Source of the DNA: Macrostomum lignano
Taxonomy: Eukaryota
NCBI GenBank assembly: GCA_002269645.1
Contig: NIVC01000369.1
Location: 159,413 to 223,412 of the forward strand
Length of the DNA: 64,000 bases
Reading direction: 5' to 3'
Shown: positions 36,020-64,000 of the stretch, piece by piece
How positions within the stretch are numbered: the stretch's first letter is position 1
Layout of the letters: every line of letters begins with the position of its first letter
Translations under genes and position numbers: made by a program
Notes under the pieces: generated by a model
Databases searched by the model: none
Seen by the model: only the letters and a program-made list of their open reading frames with translations
Told to the model about the DNA's origin: nothing

Positions 36020-36580
36020 TGTGAGAATCCCTACATCCAATGTACAACCACTCCCGTGACAACCCCTACTCCCAATGTACACCCGCTCCCATGAGAACTC
36101 CTATCCCCAATGTACACCCACTCCCATGACAACCCCTACCCCCACTGTACGCCCACTCCCGCGAGAACCCCTACCCCCACTGTACGCCCACTACCGCGAG
36201 AACCCCTACCCTCCAATGTACACCTACTACCGCGGGAACCCCTACCGCCCAATGTACACCCACTCCCGTGACAATTTCTACCCCTCAATGTACACCCACT
36301 CCCGCGAGAACCCCTACCCCAATGTACACCCACTCCCGTGACAATTTCTACCCCTCAATGTACACCCACTCCCGCGAGAACCCCTACCCCCAATGTACAC
36401 CCACTCCCGTGACAATTTCTACCCCTCAATGTACACCCACTCCCGCGAGAACCCTACCCCCAATGTACACCCACTCCCGTGACAATTTCTACCCCTCAAT
36501 GTACACCCACTCCCGCGAGAACCCCTACCCCCAATGTACACTCACTCCCGTGAGAATCTCTACCCTCAATGTACACTAGT
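36020..36580. repeat. About 39-bp minisatellite (caatgtacacccactcccgcgagaacccctacccc-like)
   Basis: Direct copies between ZNF277 and UGP2. Confidence 0.93.
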
Positions 36581-36878
36581 AAAGTTACCCCCCCCCATCA
36601 CGTAACACTTATCAGTCCTCAGCTAAGGAAACCTGTGTTGGTTTGTGTTTGCAAATTGCTACAGAATCGATGCAGATGCACTACTCTCGAAAACTGGAAA
36701 TAGATTTATAAAAAAACAACTTTGTTCTTGCGCTGTTTTTTTTGTAGTTTTTACTTCATTATTTGATTAAATTTGATGTAATTCGCTACCAAACTTATCA
36801 CTCTTCAGAAGCAAGGCTTGAAGTACTTAATTTCAAACTTGATAAATAAATCAAAGAACTGAATTACCAGCATAAGTC

Positions 36879-39724
<2,846 letters not shown>

Positions 39725-40779
39725 ACTTGAAAAAAGGCGGCAACAAGACGTCCTTTTGTGTCATTTCATTATCCAACAACAAGATTAAATCGCATGTAGC
39801 ATCAAGTTAAATAGGAACACTTTTTTCATTAGAATAGTAGTTTTCTATATAATTGTAGATTATAAAGTATATTCAATAATTATAACTGCTAATTAGTGTT
39901 TATGATGATTTTTTGTATTTGATTTTTTTTCCTACAGAAAAATCTAGTTCTCAAGGCTTGAATTATAGCTGAACGCACGCAAATCAAATAAAACTTCAAG
40001 TCTGAATTGCACTACTCGAAGTAGAAAAACTAGGAAAAGCGTTTCTAAATTTTTCTTGCCTATAAAAAATCCATTAGCTTTGATATCGTTAAGTTTTTAC
40101 CTGCGTTGTAGCTGCACATACCATAAAGAATCAGATCTGTTATGGCCTTGAGATTTTTATTGATTACATTTATTGAAGTTCTTAGTGAGTAGACTATATA
40201 GAACTAACTTTAATAGCGCCTAGTATACTATGTTTACTACACTTTAGTTTTTTTAAAACGTTTTTTTCTCTATCATTTTTGACCAAACTAAAATATTTTT
40301 CACTGATCTAGCTACTTTCAGTAGTTTTGAAATAGGTGCCGTGAGAAAATATCTAGATTTTGTATTATGTAGAATTTAGCATAGTAATACTTTGACCTTG
40401 CAGTGTCTCCCTAATTTTGACATTAATATTATATTTATAACCCGTTGATCTTTGGAGAATAATAAGTGACAGCTTCACAGTCTCAGCATAGACTTTGACT
40501 TGATTCTTTTGTCAAATACTAGCGATCGTTGCTACAGGTGTTCTGCGGAATTCCCTGACTGCTTTGTAGTGAACCCCGGCATTTCTTGGTAACGACTTGA
40601 ATTTTATGCGATATTTCAGCAAAATAATGACAGCACTTCCCGAGCTGGTTCCTAGATAAAGCTCGAGAACCAATAAATTGGATTTCCCAGGCATCCCCAA
40701 ATTAAGTACTTGGGATTTCCCAAAGTAAGAAATCAATATTACTCTCCAGACAATCACTAATGAAAATCGGGATTCCCCA

Positions 40780-41125
40780 GCCAATTTCTAATAAAAAGTT
40801 GAGATTCCCCAGCCAAAATCTAATAAAAAGTTGGGATTCCCCAGTCAATTTCCAATTATAAAAATGGGGATTCCCTAGCCAATCCTAAATGAAAAATGGG
40901 GATTCTCCAGCCAATCCTGAATGAAAAATGGGGATTCTCCAGCCAATCCTAAATGAAAAATGGGGATTCCCCAGCCAATCCTAGAAAAATGGGGATTCCC
41001 CAGCCAATCACTAATAAAAATCGGGATTCCCCAGCCAATTTCCAATAAAAATCGGGATTCCCTAGCCAATCCTAAATGAAAAATGGGGATTTCCCAGCCA
41101 ATCCCAAATAAAAATCGGGATTCCC
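40780..41125. repeat. About 31-bp tandem repeat (aaaaatggggattccccagccaatcctaaat)n upstream of the DnaJ gene
   Basis: About 10 copies, most containing agccaat. Confidence 0.9.
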
Positions 41126-41205
41126 ATGCGCCTCTAATAGTTTCGAATTACATAGGCGACACCGAATAGAATCGGCATTGAAGCGCCCCCCCCCCACCCC
41201 CGCAG

Positions 41206-41985
41206 CAGCTGTGTCGCCGCGGTCCCCACTGGCCCCACTGTTGCCAGCTGCAGTCGTGGCTGCAGCTTCGAAGGCAGCGCCGCAGCGCATCGTTATCTTC
41301 GTCCCGTCGGCAGTCCAGCAGCAGCCCCTACGATGTGCTCGGCGTTGATCGCCAAGCAACTCAACGCGAGATCAAATCGGCCTTCTACGCCAAGTCCAAG
41401 CTGGTGCACCCAGACGTGAACAAGTCGCCAGACGCCTCCAGACAGTTCAATGCCCTGTCCAATGCCTACAAAGTGCTGGGGAATGAGAACAGCAGGCGGA
41501 GCTTCGATGACAGTCAGCGGAGAGGGTGAGGGGTATTTATTGCTATAAATTCTGTTCATAATGCAATCAACAATTGATGATGCAATTCTCGCCGCTGCAG
41601 CAGTTCCGCCAGGACCAGCCGGCCTTCTCAATCCTCATCGACGGCCGACTCTACTGTTGCCGACGTGGACATTCGAGTCCGCGACATCCAGGCCAGTTTC
41701 GACGCGTTCTACCGGGTCCGCTATCCAGCCATGGTCGCCGACCAGAGCCGGCTGCGTCGGAAACACGTCGATTCGGTCGTTAGCGACGAGCTCGACGGCG
41801 CCCAGCCAGTTTCCGACGTTGTCGGCGCTACCGACGCGTCTAGTCGGGCGGCGCAGAATTCTCGGCGCCGATTGACGGCGCTAACGGCGGTGGCGCTGTG
41901 CGCGTACGCCCTGTTTGCCGGCTACGACGCGCTGGTCAGGGCGGAGGACGCCGCTTTGCGGACTCGAGCCGATGAAAACCAATGA
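41206..41985 (+). CDS. DNAJC30-like mitochondrial J-domain co-chaperone, 2 exons, no genomic in-frame ATG before the J domain
   Basis: Exons 41206-41525 and 41601-41985 (phase 2, 75-nt intron). J domain SPYDVLGVDRQATQREIKSAFYAKSKLVHPDVNK... with HPD; FDAFYRVRY recalls DNAJC30 FDAFYQAHY; C-terminal TM segment; Arg/Ser-rich, acid-free N-terminus. In-frame TGA at 41179-41181. Confidence 0.8.
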
Positions 41986-42009
41986 CTAAGCGGCCTGGCA
42001 TGGCTAGCT

Positions 42010-42500
42010 AGGGATTGCCTTCTGGATTCCCCTCAGCTATTATCTATTGGGAATCCCCCGTGTAGGACTTAGGATTTTGGATCCCCATTCATTCGGAAAT
42101 TCCCTTAGAATTCTTCGATTTTGTAATTCCCCTAGGACTAGGATTCCCTGATTGGGTAGTTCTCTGATTGATGTTTTCCGCGATTTAGAATTCTATTGGG
42201 ACTTTCTGTTTTAGGAATTCCCGTAGGATTCTCTATTTGGGAATTTCCCCGGGATTCTCCATTTTGGGATTTCCCTTAGGATTCTCCATTTTGGGAATTT
42301 CCTGGGAATTCCCTTAGAATTCTCCAGTTAGGGTTTTCCCTACGATTCTCCTCATTTTGGGAATTCCCTTAGGATTTTCCATGCTTGTAATTCTCAGAAT
42401 TCTACAATTAGGAAATTCCTTGATTTCGATTTTATAATTTAGGAATTTTCTCTGTAAGATTCCCTCTTCGGGAATATTTTGGATTCCCCAATTAGAATTC
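42010..42500. repeat. Degenerate ggaattccc / ggattctc tandem repeat downstream of the DnaJ gene
   Basis: Recurring g(g)aattccc(t)taggattct motifs. Confidence 0.7.
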
Positions 42501-43844
42501 GCCTTTTGACATTGTCCCGTGATTTTCTCGTCTAGGAAAACCCCTGTAGAATCTGTTTTAAAGAAGCGATTTATTAATTATTCTTCCCGTCAATCTTCAC
42601 ATAGCCTACACTTCTGCTTGTCGGACTGTAAAATACGAAAATACAAAGAGCTCATCGTTACAGAGATAGAGAACGCATGTCAATTACTTTTTTCATTTTC
42701 CGTACCAAGTAAATCGTTGAACAGGATATTTTTAATACTTTGTTTATTTTATTTTTTTAAGTTGCGAGACTGAAGCTATGGGAAATTAGATATTAAAATA
42801 GAAAATAAGCCGGAAATTCAAACACAAGCAGTCGTAGGTTCGTGAAACAATAAACTTTTATAAAACATGGGAGGTCGTGTTGTTTAGCACATTTATATAT
42901 TTCCGGCTAAGCTTGTGTGGTGCAGTCAGGCTTTTAAAGATATCCAACAGATCAGAGATAATATGACAATTGACTGATGATAAATCATTTTAATACACAA
43001 AAACGCGTGTGCAAGCCATAGGCTGACATTTCTACTGAAAGTAGGCAATGCGCGAATACATCGTTGCTGTACATTTTAAATAGCTGCTGGGTGGCCTGCA
43101 ATGTTGCGAGCTAGATAAATAAAACAAAATAATCCTAATAGAAAGTCATGCTATTTTCAATTTAGCAATCGTATACTGTAGAAAATCAGCATCTGCTCAT
43201 CCCTGACTGAATAAAATACAAATTTCGTTATATAAAATTGCTGTTAGCAATCACGAGAGGGAAATTTATTTAGTAATTGTTGTGAATAAAACTTACTACT
43301 TAATAAGTAGCGAGAAAGATTATTTTTAGTGCGAATTCCGGCAGAAGTGGCGAGTAAAAACAAATATATTAAGAACAGTAGAAATAGAAGAAAAAAGAAT
43401 ACAGCTTAACCTGGGACAGTGAAGCTTGATTATTAGCAGCTTATTAGCTACTGAAATTAATTTACAAGTAAACGGGAATTCGATACTGCGATTGGCGAAT
43501 TCGATTAACTTCAAGTTACAGATAATGCAATTGACACTAATAGAAGTAGTCTTGGTGGCACAATTGTCCGAATAATTCTAAACTGAAAAGTCAGGTTTTA
43601 ATTAATAATTCAATTAAGCAACAACAACTCAGTAAACTGATGCAAAGTTTTCATTACATTTTTAGCGAACTAAGAACTCTGACGGGAACTTTGCTTGTCT
43701 GGAAGGAGGCCGTCAAAATAATTGACCGGAAATTCAATAACTTTTTTTCGTCTTTGTTGGCGCCAAGTTAAAAATTATACGGAAAAAACAAAATCTTTAA
43801 CTTAAAAAAGCTGGTGTGAACTGGGGTTAGAGGGTTGGATTAGG

Positions 43845-44180
43845 ACGAGTGTACATTGGGGGTTAGAGGTTGAGGGTGTGAGTGTACATTGGGAGTTAGA
43901 GATTTGGATGGGAGTTGAGTGTACATTGGGGGTTAGAGATTTAGATGGGGGTGAGTGTACTTTGGGGGTTAGAGATTTGGATGGGGGTGAGTGTACTTTG
44001 GGGGTTAGAGATTTGGATGGGGGTGAGTGTACTTTGGGGGTTAGAGATTTGGATGGGGGTGAGTGTACTTTGGGGGTTAGAGATTTGGATGGGAGTTGAG
44101 TGTACTTTGGGGGTTAGAGATTTGGATAGGGGTGAGTGTAACATTGGAGGTTAGAGGTTTGGATGAGGGTGGGTGTACTT
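43845..44180. repeat. 35-bp minisatellite (gagtgtactttgggggttagagatttggatggggg)n
   Basis: About 8 direct copies. Confidence 0.93.
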
Positions 44181-44552
44181 TAAGCCAGCAGATTGTACGC
44201 AAACTATACTACTACAAGCTATATAACAAAATAAATCGACAAAAAGCTACACAAAATTGCACAACAAAGAAAACAAAGTATGACAGACTAAAATAAAAAA
44301 TGATAGAAGTTATTTACCGCGATATTTAATAATATTAAAAACTTCAATAACAAAGCTGAATATAAATAGCTAGTTCTTAGAAACAACAACTAGCATGTAT
44401 AGTAATATTTACAAAAATACGACACAGGACACAAAATCAATAAATATCGATCGACACATACGAATTTTATAAGTTGTTGTTGATTTTATGAACAAGTTCT
44501 TACACACGATATCAATAGTGATAAATGATAGTTTGCAGCTAATGTTTTTATT

Positions 44553-56279
<11,727 letters not shown>

Positions 56280-56449
56280 GGCTGATGTTGTTGATGTGGA
56301 CTTTCGTTTTGCCTGATCGGATATTTACGGATAGAATGCGGCAACTAAAGAGCAAATCAATTGAAGAATTATCATAGGCAACATCACGTTATTAAAAGCT
56401 TGCACGTTAGAGCAAACAAAGTCTATAGGCTATCCACTTGGCCTTTACA

Positions 56450-59400
56450 AATAACCCACCTGTTCCAACACAGAGAACCCACCTGTTTGCTTTTTCAATA
56501 CAAGAATCCCACCTGTTCCAACACAAGAAACCCACCTGTTCCAACACAGAGAAACCCAGCTGTTCCAACACAGAAACCCACCTGTTCTAAATCCAACACA
56601 GAAACCCAGCTGTTCTAAATCCAACACAGAAACCCACCTGTTCTAAATCCAACACAGAAACCCAGCTGTTCTAAATCCAACACAGAAACCCACCTGTTCC
56701 AACACAAGAATCCCACCTGTTCCAACACAAGAATCCCACCTGTTCCAAATCCACCACAGAAACCCACCTGTTCCAAATCTAGCACAAGAATCCCACCTGT
56801 TCCAAATCTAGCACAAGAATCCCACCTATTCCAAATCTAGCACAAGAATCCCACCGGTTCCAAATCTAGCACAAGAATCCCACCGGTTCCAAATCTAGCA
56901 CAAGAATCCCACCTATTCCAAATCTAGCACAAGAATCCCACCGGTTCCAAATCTAGCACAAGAATCCCACCTATTCCAACACAAGAATCCCACCTGTTCC
57001 AAATCTAGCACAAGAATCCCACCTGTTCCAAATCTAGCACAAGAATCCCACCTGTTCCAAATCTAGCACAAGAATCCCACCGGTTCCAAATCTAGCACAA
57101 GAATCCCACCTATTCCAACACAAGAATCCCACCTGTTCCAAATCTAGCACAAGAATCCCACCTGTTCCAAATCTAGCACAAGAATCCCACCTGTTCCAAA
57201 TCTAGCACAAGAATCCCACCTGTTCCAAATCTAGCACAAGAATCCCACCGGTTCCAAATCTAGCACAAGAATCCCACCTGTTCCAAATCTAGCACAAGAA
57301 TCCCACCGGTTCCAAATCTAGCACAAGAATCCCACCTGTTCCAAATCTAGCACAAGAATCCCACCTGTTCCAAATCTAGCACAAGAATCCCACCTGTTCC
57401 AAATCTAGCACAAGAATCCCACCTGTTCCAAATCTAGCACAAGAATCCCACCGGTTCCAAATCTAGCACAAGAAACCCACCTGTTCCAAATCTAGCACAA
57501 GAATCCCACCTGTTCCAAATCTAGCACAAGAATCCCACCTGTTCCAAATCTAGCACAAGAATCCCACCTATTCCAAATCTAGCACAAGAATCCCACCTGT
57601 TCCAAATCTAGCACAAGAATCCCACCTATTCCAAATCTAGCACAAGAATCCCACCTGTTCCAACACAACAAACCCACCTGTTCCAAATCTAGCACAAGAA
57701 TCCCACCTGTTCCAAATCTAGCACAAGAATCCCACCTGTTCCAAATCTAGCACAAGAATCCCACCTGTTCCAAATCTAGCACAAGAATCCCACCGGTTCC
57801 AAATCTAGCACAAGAATCCCACCTGTTCCAAATCTAGCACAAGAATCCCACCGGTTCCAAATCTAGCACAAGAATCCCACCTGTTCCAAATCTAGCACAA
57901 GAATCCCACCTGTTCCAAATCTAGCACAAGAATCCCACCTGTTCCAAATCTAGCACAAGAATCCCACCTGTTCCAAATCTAGCACAAGAATCCCACCTAT
58001 TCCAAATCTAGCACAAGAATCCCACCTGTTTTAAATCTAGCACAAGAATCCCACCTGTTTTAAATCTAGCACAAGAATCCCACCTGTTCCAAATCTAGCA
58101 CAAGAATCCCACCTGTTCCAAATCTAGCACAAGAATCCCACCTATTCCAAATCTAGCACAAGAATCCCACCTGTTTTAAATCTAGCACAAGAATCCCACC
58201 TGTTCCAAATCTAGCACAAGAAGCCCACCTGTTCCAAATCTAGCACAAGAATCCCACCTGTTTTAAATCTAGCACAAGAATCCCACCTGTTCCAAATCTA
58301 GCACAAGAATCCCACCTGTTCCAAATCTAGCACAAGAAGCCCACCTGTTCCAAATCTAGCACAAGAATCCCACCTGTTTTAAATCTAGCACAAGAATCCC
58401 ACCTGTTCCAAATCTAGCACAAGAATCCCACCTGTTCCAAATCTAGCACAAGAATCCCACCTGTTCCAAATCTAGCACAAGAATCCCACCTGTTCCAAAT
58501 CTAGCACAAGAATCCCACCTGTTCCAAATCTAGCACAAGAATCCCACCTATTCCAAATCTAGCACAAGAATCCCACCTGTTTTAAATCTAGCACAAGAAT
58601 CCCACCTGTTCCAAATCTAGCACAAGAAGCCCACCTGTTCCAAATCTAGCACAAGAATCCCACCTGTTTTAAATCTAGCACAAGAATCCCACCTGTTCCA
58701 AATCTAGCACAAGAATCCCACCTATTCCAAATCTAGCACAAGAATCCCACCTGTTCCAAATCTAGCACAAGAATCCCACCTGTTCCAAATCCAACACAGA
58801 AACCCACCTGTTCCAAATCTAGCACAAGAATCCCACCTGTTCCAAATCCAACACAGAAACCCACCTGTTCCAAATCTAGCACAAGAATCCCACCTGTTCC
58901 AAATCCAACACAGAAACCCACCTGTTCCAAATCTAGCACAAGAATCCCACCTGTTCCAAATCCAACACAGAAACCCACCTGTTCCAAATCTAGCACAAGA
59001 ATCCCACCTGTTCCAAATCCAACACAGAAACCCACCTGTTCCAAATCTAGCACAAGAATCCCACCTGTTCCAAATCCAACACAGAAACCCACCTGTTCCA
59101 AATCTAGCACAAGAATCCCACCTGTTCCAAATCCAACACAGAAACCCACCTGTTCCAAATCTAGCACAAGAATCCCACCTGTTCCAAATCCAACACAGAA
59201 ACCCACCTGTTCCAAATCTAGCACAAGAATCCCACCGGTTCCAAATCTAGCACAAGAATCCCACCGGTTCCAAATCTAGCACAAGAATCCCACCGGTTCC
59301 AAATCTAGCACAAGAATCCCACCGGTTCCAAATCTAGCACAAGAAACCCACCTATTCCAAATCTAGCACAAGAATCCCACCTGTTCCAAATCTAGCACAA

Positions 59401-60130
59401 GAATCCCACCTGTTCCAAATCTAGCACAAGAATCCCACCTGTTTTAAATCTAGCACAAGAATCCCACCTGTTCCAAATCCAACACAGAAACCCACCTGTT
59501 CCAAATCCAACACAGAAACCCACCTGTTCTAAATCCACCACAGAAACCCACCTGTTCCAAATCCAACACAGAAACCCACCTGTTCCAAATCCAACACAGA
59601 AACCCACCTGTTCCAAATCCACCACAGAAACCCACCTGTTCTAAATCCAATACAGAAACCCACCTGTTCCAAATCCAACACAGAAACCCACCTGTTCCAA
59701 ATCCACCACAGAAACCCACCTGTTCTAAATCCAATACAGAAACCCACCTGTTCCAAATCCAACACAGAAACCCACCTGTTCCAAATCCACCACAGAAACC
59801 CACCTGTTCCAAATCCAACACAGAAACCCACCTGTTCCAAATCCAACACAGAAACCCACCTGTTCCAAATCCACCACAGAAACCCACCTGTTCTAAATCC
59901 AATACAGAAACCCACCTGTTCCAAATCCAACACAGAAACCCACCTGTTCCAAATCCACCACAGAAACCCACCTGTTCTAAATCCAATACAGAAACCCACC
60001 TGTTCCAAATCCAACACAGAAACCCACCTGTTCCAAATCCACCACAGAAACCCACCTGTTCTAAATCCAATACAGAAACCCACCTGTTCCAAATCCAACA
60101 CAGAAACCCACCTGTTCCAACACAAGAAAT
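56450..60130. repeat. 29-bp minisatellite (aatcccacctgttccaaatctagcacaag)n with a ccaacacagaaa variant; 3.7 kb
   Basis: Unit starts at 57001, 57030 and so on; more than 120 copies, with the variant type changing along the array. Confidence 0.98.
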
Positions 60131-61039
60131 CCAGCGGTTAACTTACCTAACAATTTGCTATTCTAGAAAACCTGGCTCCAATTCAGACAGAAAATCATAT
60201 TTATAGTCTAATAATAAAAAACCCAAGCAGATAAAAAGTGCCAAATTAAATTCAATCTAATTATAAAGCAACCGTTTCCCAATCAATACTAAGCAACAAA
60301 TATATAATAATATTTATCGTTATACCCCTAGCTGTAGAGGGACTCACTGCAGCAACCATACAATATTGCATACTTAATTTGGCAAGACGGTGGGGAAAAA
60401 AAGAATAATTAATTATCATTCCCACGCCGCCATTGTCCGGCGGTTCATTTCTAAAGCCTGCAAATCATTCCTAGAAAAAGTGGCTCATTTCCACTTAGAT
60501 TCTTGGAAAATCCTTGGGCAGAACAGTAAAGGCCCAGCATAATTTTGCTATGTTATCGTTTTAAACCACGTTTTGGCACCTTTGCAAAATGCATAACAAT
60601 TACGCAGTCGGCAAAGATGAAAACGATGAAAAAAAGCGATAGAGATGCTATATAAAAACAAGTAATGCAGGACAAGACACTGCGTTTCAACGGTAGACGT
60701 CTAGAGAATAAATTACAGTGAAATATGTGAAATTTGACTACAGCTGGAGTTAGTGGCAATTATCGTTACAATTATCGTTAATGGATGCACAAACATGCGA
60801 GTATGCTGAAATGGATTTTTTAGAAAAGCACATGGGCCACCATAGGGCTGAATAGAAGCTAAAGAATTTGAGACGAATGGTAATGGCCTGGATAGACAGA
60901 CAGGCCCATACCAGTAGACAGGTGCATACAGGAACTAAGAAACTGAGGCAGACAGGCGGGCATAGACAGACACAGACCGAATGCAGACCCAGAGACACTA
61001 AAGAAGCCAAGGCGGACAAACAGACAGACATACACAAAA

Positions 61040-61092
61040 CAGACAGGCACATAGACAGATAGACAGACAGACAGACAGACAGACAGGCAGGC

Positions 61093-61131
<39 letters not shown>

Positions 61132-61186
61132 GACAGACAGACAGACAGACACTAAGACAGACAGACAGACAGACAGACAGACACTA

Positions 61187-61247
<61 letters not shown>

Positions 61248-61262
61248 CACACACACACAGGC

Positions 61263-61307
<45 letters not shown>

Positions 61308-61356
61308 CACACACACACACAGGCAGACAGACAGACAGACACACACACACACAGGC

Positions 61357-61425
<69 letters not shown>

Positions 61426-61430
61426 CAGTG
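61040..61430. repeat. (GACA)n microsatellite with (CA)n inserts
   Basis: Direct inspection. Confidence 0.96.
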
Positions 61431-62339
61431 GGAAGGCAGGCATGACAGCCAGGACCAACCCCAGTAACCCACTTCAGCTCAGAAACCACTAAACGAGCAC
61501 ACCAAGACTACAATGCAATGCAATAAATTCCAAACTCAGCGGAATTTCAAACGGCAGTACAAAAAAAACGAAAACTGTGGCCAGCAACGCAGAAAAATGC
61601 TTTGATAGCTGGAATATAAAATACTCACCAAGCAGAATTTCGTTTATAGCAACGACAAAATTATCAAACGATGGTCCAAATACCGCCAAAAAAGTTTTTA
61701 ACCACTATAATATATAGCTATAAGTTTTGGACCATTAAAATAAAACAAAAAAGCACACCAGAAGACTGAAATTTGTTTGCTATCTGCTCTCAAAAAGTGT
61801 CGCACAGCTCTAACCAGAGCGAGGTGCTTAAACGCCTTAGACAGAGAAAAATCTCTCTCTTCAAAGAGAGACTAACAAGAGATGAAGATAGAAAGAATTA
61901 TAGCTGCTAGTTACGGCAACGCCTGAGCAGTTAAAATATTGCTGCGACTGTTTGAGGAGGCAGACAGACAGGCAGACAGACACGCGGTCCAGTCGCAGAG
62001 TTAGTCGGAAGAAAAAAGCAGAGATGAGGAGAGAGAGGGCCAAGGAGGGCAGAGGCATACAGGCCCCGAAAGAGAATGGGGGGGGGTTGTAGGCCAGGTT
62101 TATTGCTTGGCTTCAATTCGCCTCGAAAAATCCAAGCCAATGAAATAGTTGCCAGTCAAAGCAGCTAAGCACAGAGCGTTTGGATTTGACATTGCGCATA
62201 GGTATTTGAAATTTCAGTTACTTTTAATTTCATGGATTGTCGAATCCATAAAATCTATGCTCATGAATCTCTGAAATTCACGCTCACAAAATACATTCAC
62301 CATTTCCTAAGCTTTCACACTCACCAGTCCTTGAACTTT

Positions 62340-62850
62340 ACATTCACCAATTATTGAAATTGAAATTCACCAATTCTTGAAATTCAAATTCACCACTTCT
62401 TGAAATTCAAATCCACCACTTCTTGAAATTGAAATTCACCAACTCTTGAAATTCAAATCCACCACTTCTTGAAATTGAAATTCACCAACTCTTGAAATTC
62501 AAATCCACCACTTCTTGAAATTGAAATTCACCAACTCTTGAAATTCAAATCCACCACTTCTTGAAATTGAAATTCACCAACTTTGAAATTCCAATTCACC
62601 ACTTCTTAAAATTCAAATTCACAATTCTTGAAATTCAAATTCACCACTTCTTAAAATTCAAATTCACCAATTCTTGAAATTCAAATTCACCACTTCTTGA
62701 AATTCAAATTCACCAATTCTTGAAATTCAAATCCACCAGTTCTTGAAATTCAAATTCACTAATTCTTGAAATTCAAATTCACACTTCTTGCAATTAAAAT
62801 TCACCAATTCTTGAAATTCAAATTCACCAATTCTTCAACTACGTATTCAC
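62340..62850. repeat. About 24-bp AT-rich minisatellite (aaattcaccaattcttgaaattc-like)
   Basis: Recurring ttcttgaaattcaaattcacc. Confidence 0.92.
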
Positions 62851-63734
62851 CTATTCTAAAAATTCACATCCAAAGAACATGATCTTCGCGTTCACTAATT
62901 TTTCAACTTTACATTCATTGATCCTTGAACTTCACATTCACATATCATTGAACTTGGCAGAACACTTTTCATTCACAAATATTTGACCTTTTAATTCTCA
63001 CAAAATCTCTAAATGTGACATTCATAAAGTCTCCAGCTTTGCAAGCCACGCCGTCCAGTTAAAAGTACATTCAAATGGCTCTCACGCCACAATAGTCGGG
63101 CCGTATCAAGTGTATCAATTGGATTGTGGCTATGACTGAGGTCTAAGTTTGCTAACTAAACTATAGGCACAACACTGAAAGGGCTTGAGTCAGCCCCTTG
63201 GAAAACTGTATCAGTTTCAATATTAACACTCTGCACCCTAACAGCAGGGACTATCAACTGAGATTATGAGAAAGCATGCGACTTTTCTGTACACTTTTTA
63301 AAAGTCTGGAACATTTTTGTCGCGACTTGTGGGGCAAACAAAAGCTCACCCAGTCCAACATTAATCGTGGGAAGCAAGGAACCTTCTTCATCTTTAAAGA
63401 ATGTTTTATCTCCATATTTTCTTAACCTAAGATGGAAAGTAAAAGAAAAAACTCTTGCTCGTGCTCACCGATTGCGCAAACAAGACTAAACAGAGCTCAG
63501 TACACATTTGCAGATGCGCCAATTTTTATTTTCCTAAAGCTTTGCCTTAATCATATCGTGATTGCTTAGCATTGCTTTGAGTTGCGTTTGTGTGTCCACG
63601 CAGCTGTGTCCAGCTGATAGCACAAACAATTCTTCAGCGATGGTTTAGCTGCATGATTAGGAATTATTGCACTCAGCCTGCCAGACAGAGAGCTAAAAGA
63701 GGGAAGCAGAGAGAGCAGAAGCCGAAGCAGACAA

Positions 63735-64000
63735 GGGAGTAGAGAGCGAAAAGGGGAGTAGAGAGCGGAAAAGGGGAGTAGAGAGTGGAAAGGGGAGTAG
63801 AGAGCGAAAAAGGGGAGTAGAGAGCGTAAAAGGGGAGTTGAGTAGAGAGCGGAAAAGGGGAGTTAAGTAGAGAGCGGAAAAGGGAGTAGAGAGCGAAAAA
63901 GGGGAGTAGAGAGCGGAAAAGGGGAGTTGAGTATAGAGCGGAAAAGGGGAGTAGAGAGCGAAAAAGGGGAAGTAGAGAGCGTAAAGGGGAGTTGAGTAGA
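63735..64000. repeat. About 20-bp purine-rich tandem repeat (gagtagagagcggaaaagggg)n, runs off the window
   Basis: Direct copies. Confidence 0.92.

Overview
Eukaryotic (metazoan invertebrate) genomic DNA. The intron/minisatellite style and gene set would fit a flatworm such as Macrostomum, but the taxon is only inferred. I could reconstruct nine spliced or partial protein-coding genes: a TRH-receptor-like GPCR (5' part, minus), an orphan putatively secreted protein (minus), a PMP22/claudin-like tetraspan (plus), a Deltex-family E3 ligase carrying a macrodomain (minus), a plus-strand run of CIP2A, ZNF277, UDP-glucose pyrophosphorylase and a DNAJC30-like co-chaperone, and an HR96/NR1J-like nuclear receptor (minus). 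Most longer introns and spacers are filled with locus-specific minisatellites or (GATA)n/(GACA)n microsatellites. Mobile DNA comprises three copies of a tRNA-derived SINE, a hAT-like MITE, a 2.8-kb TIR element with TTA target duplication, and a decayed Ty3/gypsy fragment with one LTR. The most striking observation is that about 25355-29150 is written as the base-by-base complement, not the reverse complement, of the real sequence. Two missing CIP2A exons appear there with GT-AG sites and matching phases only after complementing without reversing, which is most likely an assembly or gap-filling error. The main biological candidates are the Macro-RING-DTC fusion (PARP9/DTX3L-like functions in one chain) and ATG-less phase-0 first exons within an operon-like gene run, suggesting spliced-leader-donated start codons.
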